DNA from: Methanobacteriota archaeon
Lineage (GTDB): Archaea; Thermoplasmatota; Thermoplasmata; SG8-5; JAGLSY01
Length of the DNA stretch: 64,000 bases
Assembly (NCBI GenBank): GCA_020696385.1
Contig: JAEHCQ010000001.1
Location: 576,001-640,000, forward strand
Direction: 5' to 3'
Shown: piece after piece, positions 9,847-19,772 of the stretch
How positions within the stretch are numbered: the stretch's first letter is position 1
Layout: each line of letters opens with the position of its first letter
Notes under the pieces: model-generated
The model's input: only the letters and a program-made list of their open reading frames with translations
The model's database searches: none
Told to the model about the DNA's origin: nothing
Made by a program: the position numbers and the translations under genes

Positions 9847-11202
9847 TCACTTGCCTTTTCCAATGCATCTGTACTCGAAGCCAGCTTCCTCTGCTTTTGT
9901 CCCAGATAGGAAATTGCGGCCATCGACTATGACATTGCCCTGCATTTTGGTCTTCAGGTCCTGAAGGTCAATATCCGCATATTCTCTGTGACTGGTTACG
10001 AGAACCACAGCCTTTGCATCTTTCAAAACAGCATCCAGATCATCCGAGAATGGTCTCTCAAAATCACGCACTAGTGGATCATGGAGCATTGGCTCGGCTC
10101 CACGTTCTACTAGCTCGTCGTAGACTGTGAGCGAAGGTGTGTTCCTGGTATCATCGGAATTCTCAAGGAAGGCCACACCCAATACCGCGATCTTCGCGCC
10201 TTGCAAGCCGATCCCGGCCTTTATCATCGTTGATTCCAGTATGTCCACAGTGTGAATCGGCATGCGGTCATTTAACAATCTGCTATTGACTATTATCTCG
10301 GGATTGACAGCCTTTGTACCATATTCATCCAGTCCGTATTTCAGAAGCCATGGATCCTTGGGCAAGCAATGGCCACCAACTCCAGCTCCCGGGAAATGCA
10401 TGTTCCTTACCGGATTAGCAGCAGGATTACTGGGATCATTGGGCAATGTGTTCACCAATTTCCTTACCTCGAAGGAATCCACACCCAATGATTCGCAGAT
10501 AAGAGCGACCTCGTTTGCGAAGGCTATATTGACATCACGGTAGGTGTTCTCCACCACCTTGGATATCTCCGCTGTCAGAGCATCGGTTGGGAATAGCTCG
10601 GCCTTGACGATATTGGAATAAAGATCAACTGCCAGCTTAGTACTTTTATCATCAATTCCACCGCATATCCTTGGCAAGTTGACGATATTATGGATGAGCC
10701 TTCCGACCATCACTCTCTCGTATGAGAAAGCGAGATAGAAGTCCTCACCTGCTTTCATGCCTGAAGCCTTTTCAAGAATGGGTTTGGCTATATTGATGGT
10801 CGTTCCAGGGGCGACTGTGGATTCTATGACAACCAATACACCTGGCTTCATATTTTCACCCACATTGTGGCAGACCTCTCTCAATGATTCGTATCGTGGA
10901 ACACGATCAGCATCTGTTGGTGTCTGAACGTCCAGAAGGATCGCATCTGCATCCCCGCATGTGGATATGTCATCGGTCACACTGAAGGATCCTTTCTCAT
11001 TAACCACCCTGTTGATAAGATCATCAAGACCTGGCTCGTCACCGCCAATGGGGTTCTTACCCTCATTTAGCATGTCGATCTTCCATCCAGAACGCTTGGA
11101 TCTTCGTTGAACTCCAACTACCTTGAATCCTTCTGCATCGGCGAATAGAGCGGCGGCTGGTATTCCTACATATCCCATTCCTACAACTACGACTTTCGGC
11201 AT
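9847..11202 (-). CDS. Nucleotide-sugar dehydrogenase (UDP-ManNAc/UDP-GlcNAc dehydrogenase, WecC/WbpA-like)
   Basis: GMGYVG Rossmann motif, ESTVAPGTT, ENTYRDVNIAFANE, GVGGHCLPKDP catalytic Cys. Confidence 0.92.
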   Translation of the reverse strand: MPKVVVVGMGYVGIPAAALFADAEGFKVVGVQRRSKRSGWKIDMLNEGKNPIGGDEPGLDDLINRVVNEKGSFSVTDDISTCGDADAILLDVQTPTDADRVPRYESLREVCHNVGENMKPGVLVVIESTVAPGTTINIAKPILEKASGMKAGEDFYLAFSYERVMVGRLIHNIVNLPRICGGIDDKSTKLAVDLYSNIVKAELFPTDALTAEISKVVENTYRDVNIAFANEVALICESLGVDSFEVRKLVNTLPNDPSNPAANPVRNMHFPGAGVGGHCLPKDPWLLKYGLDEYGTKAVNPEIIVNSRLLNDRMPIHTVDILESTMIKAGIGLQGAKIAVLGVAFLENSDDTRNTPSLTVYDELVERGAEPMLHDPLVRDFERPFSDDLDAVLKDAKAVVLVTSHREYADIDLQDLKTKMQGNVIVDGRNFLSGTKAEEAGFEYRCIGKGK

Positions 11203-11340
11203 GATATCACTTCAACATAGCAAGCGGATAATGTATATTTTGATTTTGGCAGAATTTATCTGAAATAAGGCGATTATTAAGAGGCGAAGGAATTAAGTAG
11301 GGAATATGGATATTTTACATGGTATAGTTTGGGTAATATC

Positions 11341-13473
11341 ATGAAACATAAAAATAACCATCTGAGAATACTGGCCATAGGATTGGCCTTATCTTTGGCT
11401 TTCTCAGCCCTGGTATTCCCCATAGGAATTGTCTCGGCAACAGATGCTTGGTATGATGATTTCACAGGACCATGGGACAATACACGTTGGACAAACTCCA
11501 CAGGTAATGGAACAATATTTCAAATTTCTGAAGGTGGTGATACATATTTGACTGCTGCAAGTTTCACTCCAGCAGGTGAATATAATTCAAGTAGATGGTA
11601 TGGCCCCTCGACCCGTGCAGAGCTACCACTTTCTGGCCCATTTAATATCAGTACAGTATTGAAATGCCAAGCGGAAATACAAGACTACAGTCTGGTACGA
11701 GTGGAAGTGAAATTATTTGATACAACCGGAAGCCAAGTTTATGCTTTTGGATGGGGGGATGAAGATACCGCCTACAATCATGCAAGCATATACCTGAACG
11801 GAAGGGATGATCAGCATAGATTGTTCGAAACCGAAGATGGTGTAGCTTATACGATATTTTATGATAAAGAGATCAGCCTGGAACGAACTGAGACGCAATT
11901 AAAATTCTACCTTGAGGGAGAATTAGTATATACCTCGGCCCCAAGTTCAAGATCCATCAAATATTTGGAACTGGCATTTTTAAGGACCGGGGTACTCGAA
12001 ACATATTGCACCCCAGATGTGAGACATATCAATTCCATAAATGTACAGACCACGCCAGCCACCGAGCCAGATCCACCGGAGAACCTTATTGGAACTGGAA
12101 CTGATGGAGAGGTTGGACTTTCATGGTCCGCTCCTTACGGTGGAGGGGCGGAGATCACTAATTACAAAATATTCAGAGGTACAATATCTGGCAGCCTGAA
12201 CCTACTCACCACCATTGGCAGCCAAACATCATACACAGATACTGGTGTGTCAAATGGCCAGAAATATTATTATGCTGTTTCGGCACTGAATGAAGTGGGT
12301 GAGAGCGGCATGTCCGTAGAGGCAAGTGCGACTCCCATAGCAGTTCCAGATGCTCCAGCCAGTCTTCAGTCGATCGCCGGGGATGATCATGTTCTTCTAT
12401 CATGGGACATACCGACCTTCAATGGGGGCGATGCTATTACAAATTACACAATATATCGCAGCCAGTCTTTGGACTCTCCTCAGGAACTGGCATCTCTTGG
12501 GGCTCAATACTCTTATAATGATACTGATGTTGTCTTTGAACAGGTTTATTATTACTGGGTATCTGCGACGAATTCAGCTGGCGAGGGAGATCTGTCCAGC
12601 GAGGCGATCGCATCCATTGGCGCTCCCGTAACCCTGCCATCTGAACCAAGGAATCCAGATGCTGTGGATGGGAATGGAGTGGTAGAGCTTTCATGGAATT
12701 CACCCATATCAAATGGCAATTCACCCATCCTGAGATATTCTGTGTATCGAGGAATAGAAGAGGGAGCCATGTCCATACTGGCAAATAGTAGCCAGACATC
12801 ATATATTGATGAAGATGTTATGAATGGCCAGAAATATTATTATTCGGTCAGTGCGTGGAATGTTTTAGGAGAAGGGAACAGCTCGGATAGTGTAGCTTGC
12901 ACCCCTGTATCTTACTCTGCCCCATCCGCCCCGGTCTCTTTAGAGATCGTGCCCGGATACGGCTTTATCAGCCTGATATGGGCTGCCCCGATCGAGGATG
13001 GTGGATCTGATATCACCGCGTATCATGTATACAGGGGAGAAACTCCTGATAGTATGGCAATGGTCAGCACCCTGGGCAATGCTCTTTCTTACATGGATCT
13101 CGGATTGACAAATGGGATCGAATATCACTATGCGGTCAGTGCCTCCAATTCAGAAGGTGAGGGGAATCTATCCGCCACGGTGAATGCCACCCCTGGCCAA
13201 TCAATACCTGTGGGAGATATTGATGGGGACGGTGTCCCTGACAATATAGATGCCTTCCCGACCGATCCAAATGAATCGGTGGATACAGATGGCGATGGCA
13301 TAGGCGACAATGCGGATGATGATAACACTCCCCCAGACGATAACAATACAACAGATACGGATGATCTTGAAAAAGAAGTATCCCTTACATCCACCATAGT
13401 GACATTCATTGTTTTTGTCGTGATGGCCATTGTGGGTGTCATGTTCATGATCAAGCCAAAGGAACCGGAGTAG
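11341..13473 (+). CDS. Secreted, membrane-anchored protein with four fibronectin type III repeats and Asp-rich (thrombospondin type 3-like) repeats
   Basis: Signal-peptide-like N-terminus, four LxWxxP...YxxYR...YyYxVSAxN units, DIDGDGVPDNIDAFP, C-terminal TM helix. Confidence 0.88.
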   Translation: MKHKNNHLRILAIGLALSLAFSALVFPIGIVSATDAWYDDFTGPWDNTRWTNSTGNGTIFQISEGGDTYLTAASFTPAGEYNSSRWYGPSTRAELPLSGPFNISTVLKCQAEIQDYSLVRVEVKLFDTTGSQVYAFGWGDEDTAYNHASIYLNGRDDQHRLFETEDGVAYTIFYDKEISLERTETQLKFYLEGELVYTSAPSSRSIKYLELAFLRTGVLETYCTPDVRHINSINVQTTPATEPDPPENLIGTGTDGEVGLSWSAPYGGGAEITNYKIFRGTISGSLNLLTTIGSQTSYTDTGVSNGQKYYYAVSALNEVGESGMSVEASATPIAVPDAPASLQSIAGDDHVLLSWDIPTFNGGDAITNYTIYRSQSLDSPQELASLGAQYSYNDTDVVFEQVYYYWVSATNSAGEGDLSSEAIASIGAPVTLPSEPRNPDAVDGNGVVELSWNSPISNGNSPILRYSVYRGIEEGAMSILANSSQTSYIDEDVMNGQKYYYSVSAWNVLGEGNSSDSVACTPVSYSAPSAPVSLEIVPGYGFISLIWAAPIEDGGSDITAYHVYRGETPDSMAMVSTLGNALSYMDLGLTNGIEYHYAVSASNSEGEGNLSATVNATPGQSIPVGDIDGDGVPDNIDAFPTDPNESVDTDGDGIGDNADDDNTPPDDNNTTDTDDLEKEVSLTSTIVTFIVFVVMAIVGVMFMIKPKEPE

Positions 13474-13628
13474 AATGGTTGATAGTGGTGTGAGACCTTA
13501 TTTTTGTATCAAACTCTTTTTCAGATGAACTTGTAGTTTGTTCTTATTCACACATGGGCAATATGGACAATGTTAATTTATGGTAAACTCAATCCAGGCA
13601 TTCCTAAGCTGGTATGTGTACGCATCCA

Positions 13629-14765
13629 TCAACCAATCATCCAAATTATGGCATTGATCGCCAGTCCGATCGCTATCGCCCCTACGAAGAAAGCGATGAA
13701 CAATAGAGCCGTCACCTTCTTTCCAAAGGTGGCGTTCAATACAGGGGCGGCAGTGATACAGATCGCATTACCGGCTATTGCGAAGGCCACGGCATGACCC
13801 ATTGGAAGGCCCAGGATCAGGAGAGGGGCTAGGATCAATATTTCTTCACCAGAACAGATGAAGATAGGAATAGCGATTAGAACTATCAGGACAAGTCCTG
13901 GTATACTGCCATAGAAGTCCTGGCTGCTTCCGAAAAGGTCTGCCAATTGACCAGGTTCTGCGAAGGTGGATATGGCCGCACCTATGATTATACCAAATAA
14001 TATGTATTTCAGCAGGTACATGAAGTGATCCCAAGAAGCCAAGAGAGCGGATTCATTACCCTTCCCCATCTCTACTGATTTGCATCCATCACAGGAATAA
14101 CAGCCGGATCTTTGATCTCCAGCCTCTTTTTTACCCGCAAAGCGTTCGACGAACATACCGGTCAAGATTGCCAGTATGAAAACAGAAACTATCTCTAAAG
14201 CTAGATAGAGATACATCTGCTCGCCAATGGCAAGTATGTAGACCACTGGACTCAGTACTGGTACGACTATCAAGAAAGTGATTATGGCTCTTACCCTCAT
14301 CTGCTTGCCCAGCATCATACCATGGGCCATTGGGACCGCGGCACAGGAGCATATTGGCAATATGGATGCGAACATTCCAGCACCCATCATCGTGCTTGGG
14401 AGCCTTAGTCTTCCAAGTTTAAGGTATTTCATTACCACGCCAGCAAGGATACATCCCCAGACGAACCATGGCAATATTCCAAGAAGATCCCGGAAGATGA
14501 AATCAAGATACTGTGCATCATTGCCCGCATCAGCCTCTGTGATCTTGCATATCCAACAATAGAGATAGAGGAATATATTGGCTACAGCGAAGGAAGCCAT
14601 GAACCACCATTTTATCTTGTCCGGTACTAGAGTGGAAGGAGAGATGCTGTTCAGCTTATCATCAAGGGACTTGGAGCGCTTCCTAGCAAAATCGAATATA
14701 AAAGCAAGTATGACATAAACTATTACAGCTAAACCAACTACTCCGTGCAAACTGATACCGAACAT
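13629..14765 (-). CDS. Predicted permease (DUF318/ArsP-like)
   Basis: ILPICSCAAVP and IPIFICS motifs, two hydrophobic halves, central CYSCDGC loop. Confidence 0.8.
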   Translation of the reverse strand: MFGISLHGVVGLAVIVYVILAFIFDFARKRSKSLDDKLNSISPSTLVPDKIKWWFMASFAVANIFLYLYCWICKITEADAGNDAQYLDFIFRDLLGILPWFVWGCILAGVVMKYLKLGRLRLPSTMMGAGMFASILPICSCAAVPMAHGMMLGKQMRVRAIITFLIVVPVLSPVVYILAIGEQMYLYLALEIVSVFILAILTGMFVERFAGKKEAGDQRSGCYSCDGCKSVEMGKGNESALLASWDHFMYLLKYILFGIIIGAAISTFAEPGQLADLFGSSQDFYGSIPGLVLIVLIAIPIFICSGEEILILAPLLILGLPMGHAVAFAIAGNAICITAAPVLNATFGKKVTALLFIAFFVGAIAIGLAINAIIWMIG

Positions 14766-15050
14766 TTATATCTCCTCTTGTGGATTTGAAATCCGTCATG
14801 TATATTGATTATTTAATTGCTTCCCCACACTAACGATATTTAAGATCGTGGGGGAGACCAATTCAATCATCACTCCAGATATTAACTATAATTAATATAT
14901 TAAATTTTCTATTATATGCATTCAGGATGAGGAAGGCGCTGGAGTGTCCGGAAATTCACAAACACAATATACGCACACGTTAATGTTTAACTGGCTAAAT
15001 ATATTTATATAGTTATGTGCGTCTTTGTTTCCAATTCGTGGTGATTAGTG

Positions 15051-18000
15051 ATGAATAGAAAAATACTGTCTGCCTTTGTGGTATTCGCTTTATTAGCCAA
15101 TATATTGACCCTGCTTCCTATTAACGGAGCTTATGCGGTAGAACTGGTCAATGATACTGATGCATTTATCCTGCCAGATAGGCCAATGGCACCATCACCG
15201 CCCATATGGATAAGCGCTGATTTCACCACCGACCCAAGTGTCAAGAACCCGCTCGCCAATGGCACTGAGGCCGACCCATATATCATTGAGAATCTGGAGA
15301 TAGATGGTAGTGGTTCAGGATACTGTATATTCATTGAGAACACCAATAAATTCTTCATTATCAGGAACTGCACTCTGGAGAATTCTAACGATGCTGGCCT
15401 TCTTATGCTTGGTAGCTCGAATGGCATTATAGAAAATTGCACGATAATAAATAATCAAGGCTCTGGCATCAAAGCAGAATCTGAGTTCGTGGACATTGAA
15501 GTGTACAACAGCACCATATCCGATAATGAATGGGGCGGAGTGATCATCAATGCAGATAAGATGACGAATTCCACATTCGTGAACAATATCATCAATTCAA
15601 ATCTTGATAAAGGTGGTATAGGCATACGAGGAATGCCAGAGATCGCCGTCATAAGAACGGAGATACATGATAATGAATTATCTAATAATGATGGATTGTG
15701 CCCCATAAGGCTTGGCAGCAAGCTGAATCCTGCCCAGGATGATCTTCCAGTGCATTCGATATATACGAATATCACTAACAATGACATAATCAACCCTGGC
15801 GGTAATTTCAACGGGATAATCATGATCTATGCCACAGAATATATACAGGCGAATATCATGGATAATGACTTCAATACACCGCAAACACAGAATGGGGTTC
15901 ATATTGGAAAGATGTCCAATGAATACTCCAAGAACCCAGGAGTCAGAAACCTGGATGTTAATTTCATCAATAATAATCTGACAAACATTGCGGCTGGAGC
16001 TCTCATATTATGCTCCACCGAAAGTCTGTATGCCAATGTATCTGATAATTACATCTACCACACAACTGGCATAACATGTGGAGCCGTGACTATCGGTTGG
16101 TTCAAGGCTGGTGTAGATACATCCACTCCCAAAAATGCCACAGTTATTCTGAAAAATAACATTCTTGAAAAAGTGGCTGACACCATAGGCTTTGGTATCA
16201 AGGCAATATATGACCTGAATGTGACCATTGAGGACAATACGGTGGACAGCGTGAATGCTCCAGGGATCAGAGTCGGATGGCTTGGAGATGGGGATGCCTC
16301 GAATGCACCAGAGCCATGGGCCTACCCCACGCGGAATGTCCATGGATCGATAAGCAATAATACTATAACTGGGGGACGAGGACAGGGTATCTGGTTATAT
16401 TCACTTAATAACTCTATTGTTAATGGGAATCAAGTTTCTGGGAGAGACGGCACATCGACCAATGGAGATGGGATAAGGATCGATGGAGCTCGCGGTAACA
16501 ATATCGTTTCGAACAATGTCATCACCGAGGCTGAAGCTATCGGTATTCGCCTTTATAATTCGAAGGACGTTGTCGTAAAGGATAATACTCTCAATAGCAA
16601 TCAATATGGGTTGGGTGTGGACTATTATTCGAACAATAATCAATTCTTCAGTAATACTATCCTGAAAAATGATGTCCAATATGGATATTTTATTGAGATC
16701 AATTCTCTTAATAATTCATACCCTGCCAATAATACAGTAAATGGTGAATGGTTGCGATATTTCTATGGACTGGAGGGGGCGGATGGAGCTCTTGTTCCAG
16801 TTCAAAATCATATAATCGATGAGCGTTTGTTGTCAAACCTGGGTCAGGTCATTGTGGCCAATAGCTCCTATGTGGAAATAAAAGATAATGACGTGAATAA
16901 TGGATCTTATGGATTGGCACTGATAAATACCCATGATTCTGTAGCGTTCGATAATGATTGCGAAAGCAATATCGGAGGTGGATTGGTGATAAGAGAGGAG
17001 GGGAAAGATAATTCCATATTCCAAAATATCCTGACCAACAATGGATACGGCATAGGGCTTAGCGGAATTACTTCTGGAAATATTTTTTGGAATAACTTGA
17101 TCACCAAAGGAATTACACAGACTGGGATGTATATAGACAATTCTGGATATTCTTGGGAAAATACCATTTATGAGAATAATACAGTTGATGGAGAAAGTGT
17201 GAGGTATTACCATGGAGAAAGCGGGCATACGATCACTGGAGAACAGATCCTCGTCAGTTATATTACAAACCTGGGACAGATATCATATGTGAATTCAACT
17301 GATATTCAATTTAATGATGTGGATATACAAAATGGTAATGCCGGAGTCTATATCATAAATGGTGATCGGGTGGATGTTTTTGATAGCATCCTGGAAAATA
17401 ATAGATATGGATTTTTTGCTTCTCTTACTAATGATATACAGCTGGCCAATATCGATATCACATCTAGCATCACCAATGTTTTCCTTAGCAACACAGAGAA
17501 CATCAACATCGAAGAGTGTCATCTGGAAGGCGGCGATCGCTCCATTTACCTTTATAAGTCTGACCCTTTCATTGCGAACTCCACTATTGAGAACGCGGTT
17601 AGCAATTCCACATCACTGAATGGAGATTCTCACCCAGTGCTACTCAATACGACCTTTGATAAGAGCCAGGTCTATGTGTCAGATCCTCTATCGAACTTGA
17701 GTGTGAGATGGTATCTGGATATACACGTGAGCTCTAATGGGAAGAATATATCGGAAGCAAAAATCCTGATCATTGACAATGATGGTGCCAATGTCTTCGA
17801 AAATATGACACAAGAAACAGGATGGATAGACCAATTGATAATGACCGAGTATATTGTGGCCATGGAAAATAACACAGATATTAAGGCACCTTATAATGTG
17901 ACAGTCCAGAAGGATGGATTGGGATCGTTCAATGCATCGATCGATATGGGACAATCCACCATTTTATTGATCGAACTGGATGATGAGACATTGCCATTGA

Positions 18001-19475
18001 TTGAGAATATCAGTCTATCTCCATCCAATGTCACTGGTATGTCCGGTGACTGGGTGTGGTTGAATGCCACGATGGATGAGGAAACAACCGGTTGGTCGAA
18101 CATAACCGGGGCAGAATGGTATGTGAGCTATGAATACCCAACAATAGAGAATGGAACTGGCAATCCATGTAATGCTTCAGATGGTTCCTTTGACAGTACT
18201 CAAGAAAACATTACTGCTTTATTAGAGATACCAAGCTTCCCGAAGGGAACGAGTACCATTTGGATACATGGTTCTGATGAAGGAGGGAATTGGTGCGAAT
18301 GGGAAAGCATCAATCTGACGATCTTTGATGACTGGGGACCCGTTGTTGTATCTGGACCGACCTTCGAGCCAGATCCTTTTTCATCCTCCATGGATGAGAT
18401 CACAATATCCATAACATTTGATGATGAAGAAAGAGGTAAGTCTGTTATCACGGGAATTGATTGGAGATTCGTTGGTGAATGGCCAGCTGGCGTTAATCAG
18501 ACAGGATGGTCATCCATTAGTTCTTTGGATTGGGCATTTGACGAATGGAAGGAAGCTGTAAATCTCTGGTTCAATACATCATTATGGGAAAGAGGGGATT
18601 ATATCCTTGAGATCAGAGGAATTGATGATTATGGCAATCGTGGTGAGTGGGCCAATATAACTATAGAAGTTCTGGATGATGAATCTCCAGAATCTCCGAT
18701 CGGACTGATGGTCACCAATGAAGCAAATGGAGCCCTGAACCTAACATGGAACTCAAGCTCCGAGGGAGATCTTGTGGGATACAATGTGTATCGATCAGAA
18801 AGTAGTGGTAGAAGATATGTTCTCATAGCATCCATTCTAGCCTCTTCAGATCCGTTCTTCACAGACGCTGGGATTGTCCTGGGTACGACCTATTACTACG
18901 TGGTAACTGCCTTTGATGATCAGAGCCCGCCAAATGAATCACCCTTCTCGGAAGAGGGGACAGGAACATCGACAGTGGTATTGATATCCACCACGGATAC
19001 AGATGGGGACGGTATCGATGACAATGTGGATACCGATGACGATAATGATGGCATTCCGGACAGTGAAGACGCAATGCCGCTGGATACTGATAATGATGGC
19101 GTGAATAATAATGTGGATACCGATGATGATAATGATGGTATTCCGGACAGTGAAGATACCATGCCGCTGGATACTGATAATGATGGGGAGAATAATGATG
19201 TGGATACCGATGATGATGGAGATGGTATTCCGGACAGTGAAGACACACACCCACTCACTCCAGCCGCTCTTCCCGAGGAAGAGGATGAATCCCCCGGAAC
19301 TTCTGGTTATATCTGGCTAGTACTGGTTGGTATTTTCCTCGTGGTCTTATTCGCCCTTTATTTCAAAACAAGAGGAAAAGGTAAGTTACCAGATGATGGT
19401 GAGCGAACCGAGACACCACAGGAAGAAAATGCAACCGAGGAATTGGAAGCAGAAAATGGAGAAAAAGAAGAGTGA
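15051..19475 (+). CDS. Secreted right-handed beta-helix (NosD/pectate lyase-like) surface protein with FN3, Asp-rich repeats and C-terminal anchor
   Basis: NGTEADPYIIENLEIDG start of a parallel beta-helix, many NN-x-I repeats, FN3 (LTWNSS...YNVYRS), DxDxDG repeats, TM helix followed by an acidic tail. Confidence 0.85.
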   Translation: MNRKILSAFVVFALLANILTLLPINGAYAVELVNDTDAFILPDRPMAPSPPIWISADFTTDPSVKNPLANGTEADPYIIENLEIDGSGSGYCIFIENTNKFFIIRNCTLENSNDAGLLMLGSSNGIIENCTIINNQGSGIKAESEFVDIEVYNSTISDNEWGGVIINADKMTNSTFVNNIINSNLDKGGIGIRGMPEIAVIRTEIHDNELSNNDGLCPIRLGSKLNPAQDDLPVHSIYTNITNNDIINPGGNFNGIIMIYATEYIQANIMDNDFNTPQTQNGVHIGKMSNEYSKNPGVRNLDVNFINNNLTNIAAGALILCSTESLYANVSDNYIYHTTGITCGAVTIGWFKAGVDTSTPKNATVILKNNILEKVADTIGFGIKAIYDLNVTIEDNTVDSVNAPGIRVGWLGDGDASNAPEPWAYPTRNVHGSISNNTITGGRGQGIWLYSLNNSIVNGNQVSGRDGTSTNGDGIRIDGARGNNIVSNNVITEAEAIGIRLYNSKDVVVKDNTLNSNQYGLGVDYYSNNNQFFSNTILKNDVQYGYFIEINSLNNSYPANNTVNGEWLRYFYGLEGADGALVPVQNHIIDERLLSNLGQVIVANSSYVEIKDNDVNNGSYGLALINTHDSVAFDNDCESNIGGGLVIREEGKDNSIFQNILTNNGYGIGLSGITSGNIFWNNLITKGITQTGMYIDNSGYSWENTIYENNTVDGESVRYYHGESGHTITGEQILVSYITNLGQISYVNSTDIQFNDVDIQNGNAGVYIINGDRVDVFDSILENNRYGFFASLTNDIQLANIDITSSITNVFLSNTENINIEECHLEGGDRSIYLYKSDPFIANSTIENAVSNSTSLNGDSHPVLLNTTFDKSQVYVSDPLSNLSVRWYLDIHVSSNGKNISEAKILIIDNDGANVFENMTQETGWIDQLIMTEYIVAMENNTDIKAPYNVTVQKDGLGSFNASIDMGQSTILLIELDDETLPLIENISLSPSNVTGMSGDWVWLNATMDEETTGWSNITGAEWYVSYEYPTIENGTGNPCNASDGSFDSTQENITALLEIPSFPKGTSTIWIHGSDEGGNWCEWESINLTIFDDWGPVVVSGPTFEPDPFSSSMDEITISITFDDEERGKSVITGIDWRFVGEWPAGVNQTGWSSISSLDWAFDEWKEAVNLWFNTSLWERGDYILEIRGIDDYGNRGEWANITIEVLDDESPESPIGLMVTNEANGALNLTWNSSSEGDLVGYNVYRSESSGRRYVLIASILASSDPFFTDAGIVLGTTYYYVVTAFDDQSPPNESPFSEEGTGTSTVVLISTTDTDGDGIDDNVDTDDDNDGIPDSEDAMPLDTDNDGVNNNVDTDDDNDGIPDSEDTMPLDTDNDGENNDVDTDDDGDGIPDSEDTHPLTPAALPEEEDESPGTSGYIWLVLVGIFLVVLFALYFKTRGKGKLPDDGERTETPQEENATEELEAENGEKEE
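18996..19256 (+). repeat. Three in-frame 87-bp tandem repeats encoding Ca-binding-type DTDNDG...DDDNDGIPDSED units
   Basis: gatac recurs at 18996, 19083 and 19170 (period 87); ttccggacagtgaaga is present in all three units. Confidence 0.9.
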
Positions 19476-19493
19476 AATTCACTCTTGCTTTTC
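19468..19493 (+). terminator. Inverted repeat over the stop codon, possible terminator
   Basis: aagagtgaa-a-ttcactctt followed by gctttt. Confidence 0.45.
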
Positions 19494-19632
19494 TCGGCGC
19501 TGCTTAAGCACCAAGAAGTAGATGATCAGGATTTTTAGATTTGATCGTATCTATTGTTAAGGTTTAATTATCTATATGGTTTAAAAGTAGCCCCTCAACA
19601 GCGTTAACAATCGTTTAGATTGGTTATTTATA

Positions 19633-19684
19633 CTATTGTTAATATCTATTGTTAATAGCAGTTGTTAATATCTATTGTTAACAT
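19633..19684. promoter_or_regulatory. Four 13-bp tandem repeats (CTATTGTTAATAT consensus) upstream of a surface-protein gene
   Basis: Units at 19633, 19646, 19659 and 19672. The same core TCTATTGTTAAGG also occurs at 19550, 24950 and 32120. Confidence 0.65.
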
Positions 19685-19772
19685 ATCGTTGGCTCAGATA
19701 TTTAGCAGTATTAAATAGTTAAAAATACACCTGTATACAAAGGATTAAAAATAAAATAAGAGAGGGAAATAT

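Noticed and set aside
14822-14856. Imperfect inverted repeat upstream of the permease
   Set aside because: Single, imperfect, and with no second copy or T-tract, so no function can be supported.
19633-19684. CRISPR array
   Set aside because: The 13-bp units are adjacent with no unique spacers, and no cas genes are present.
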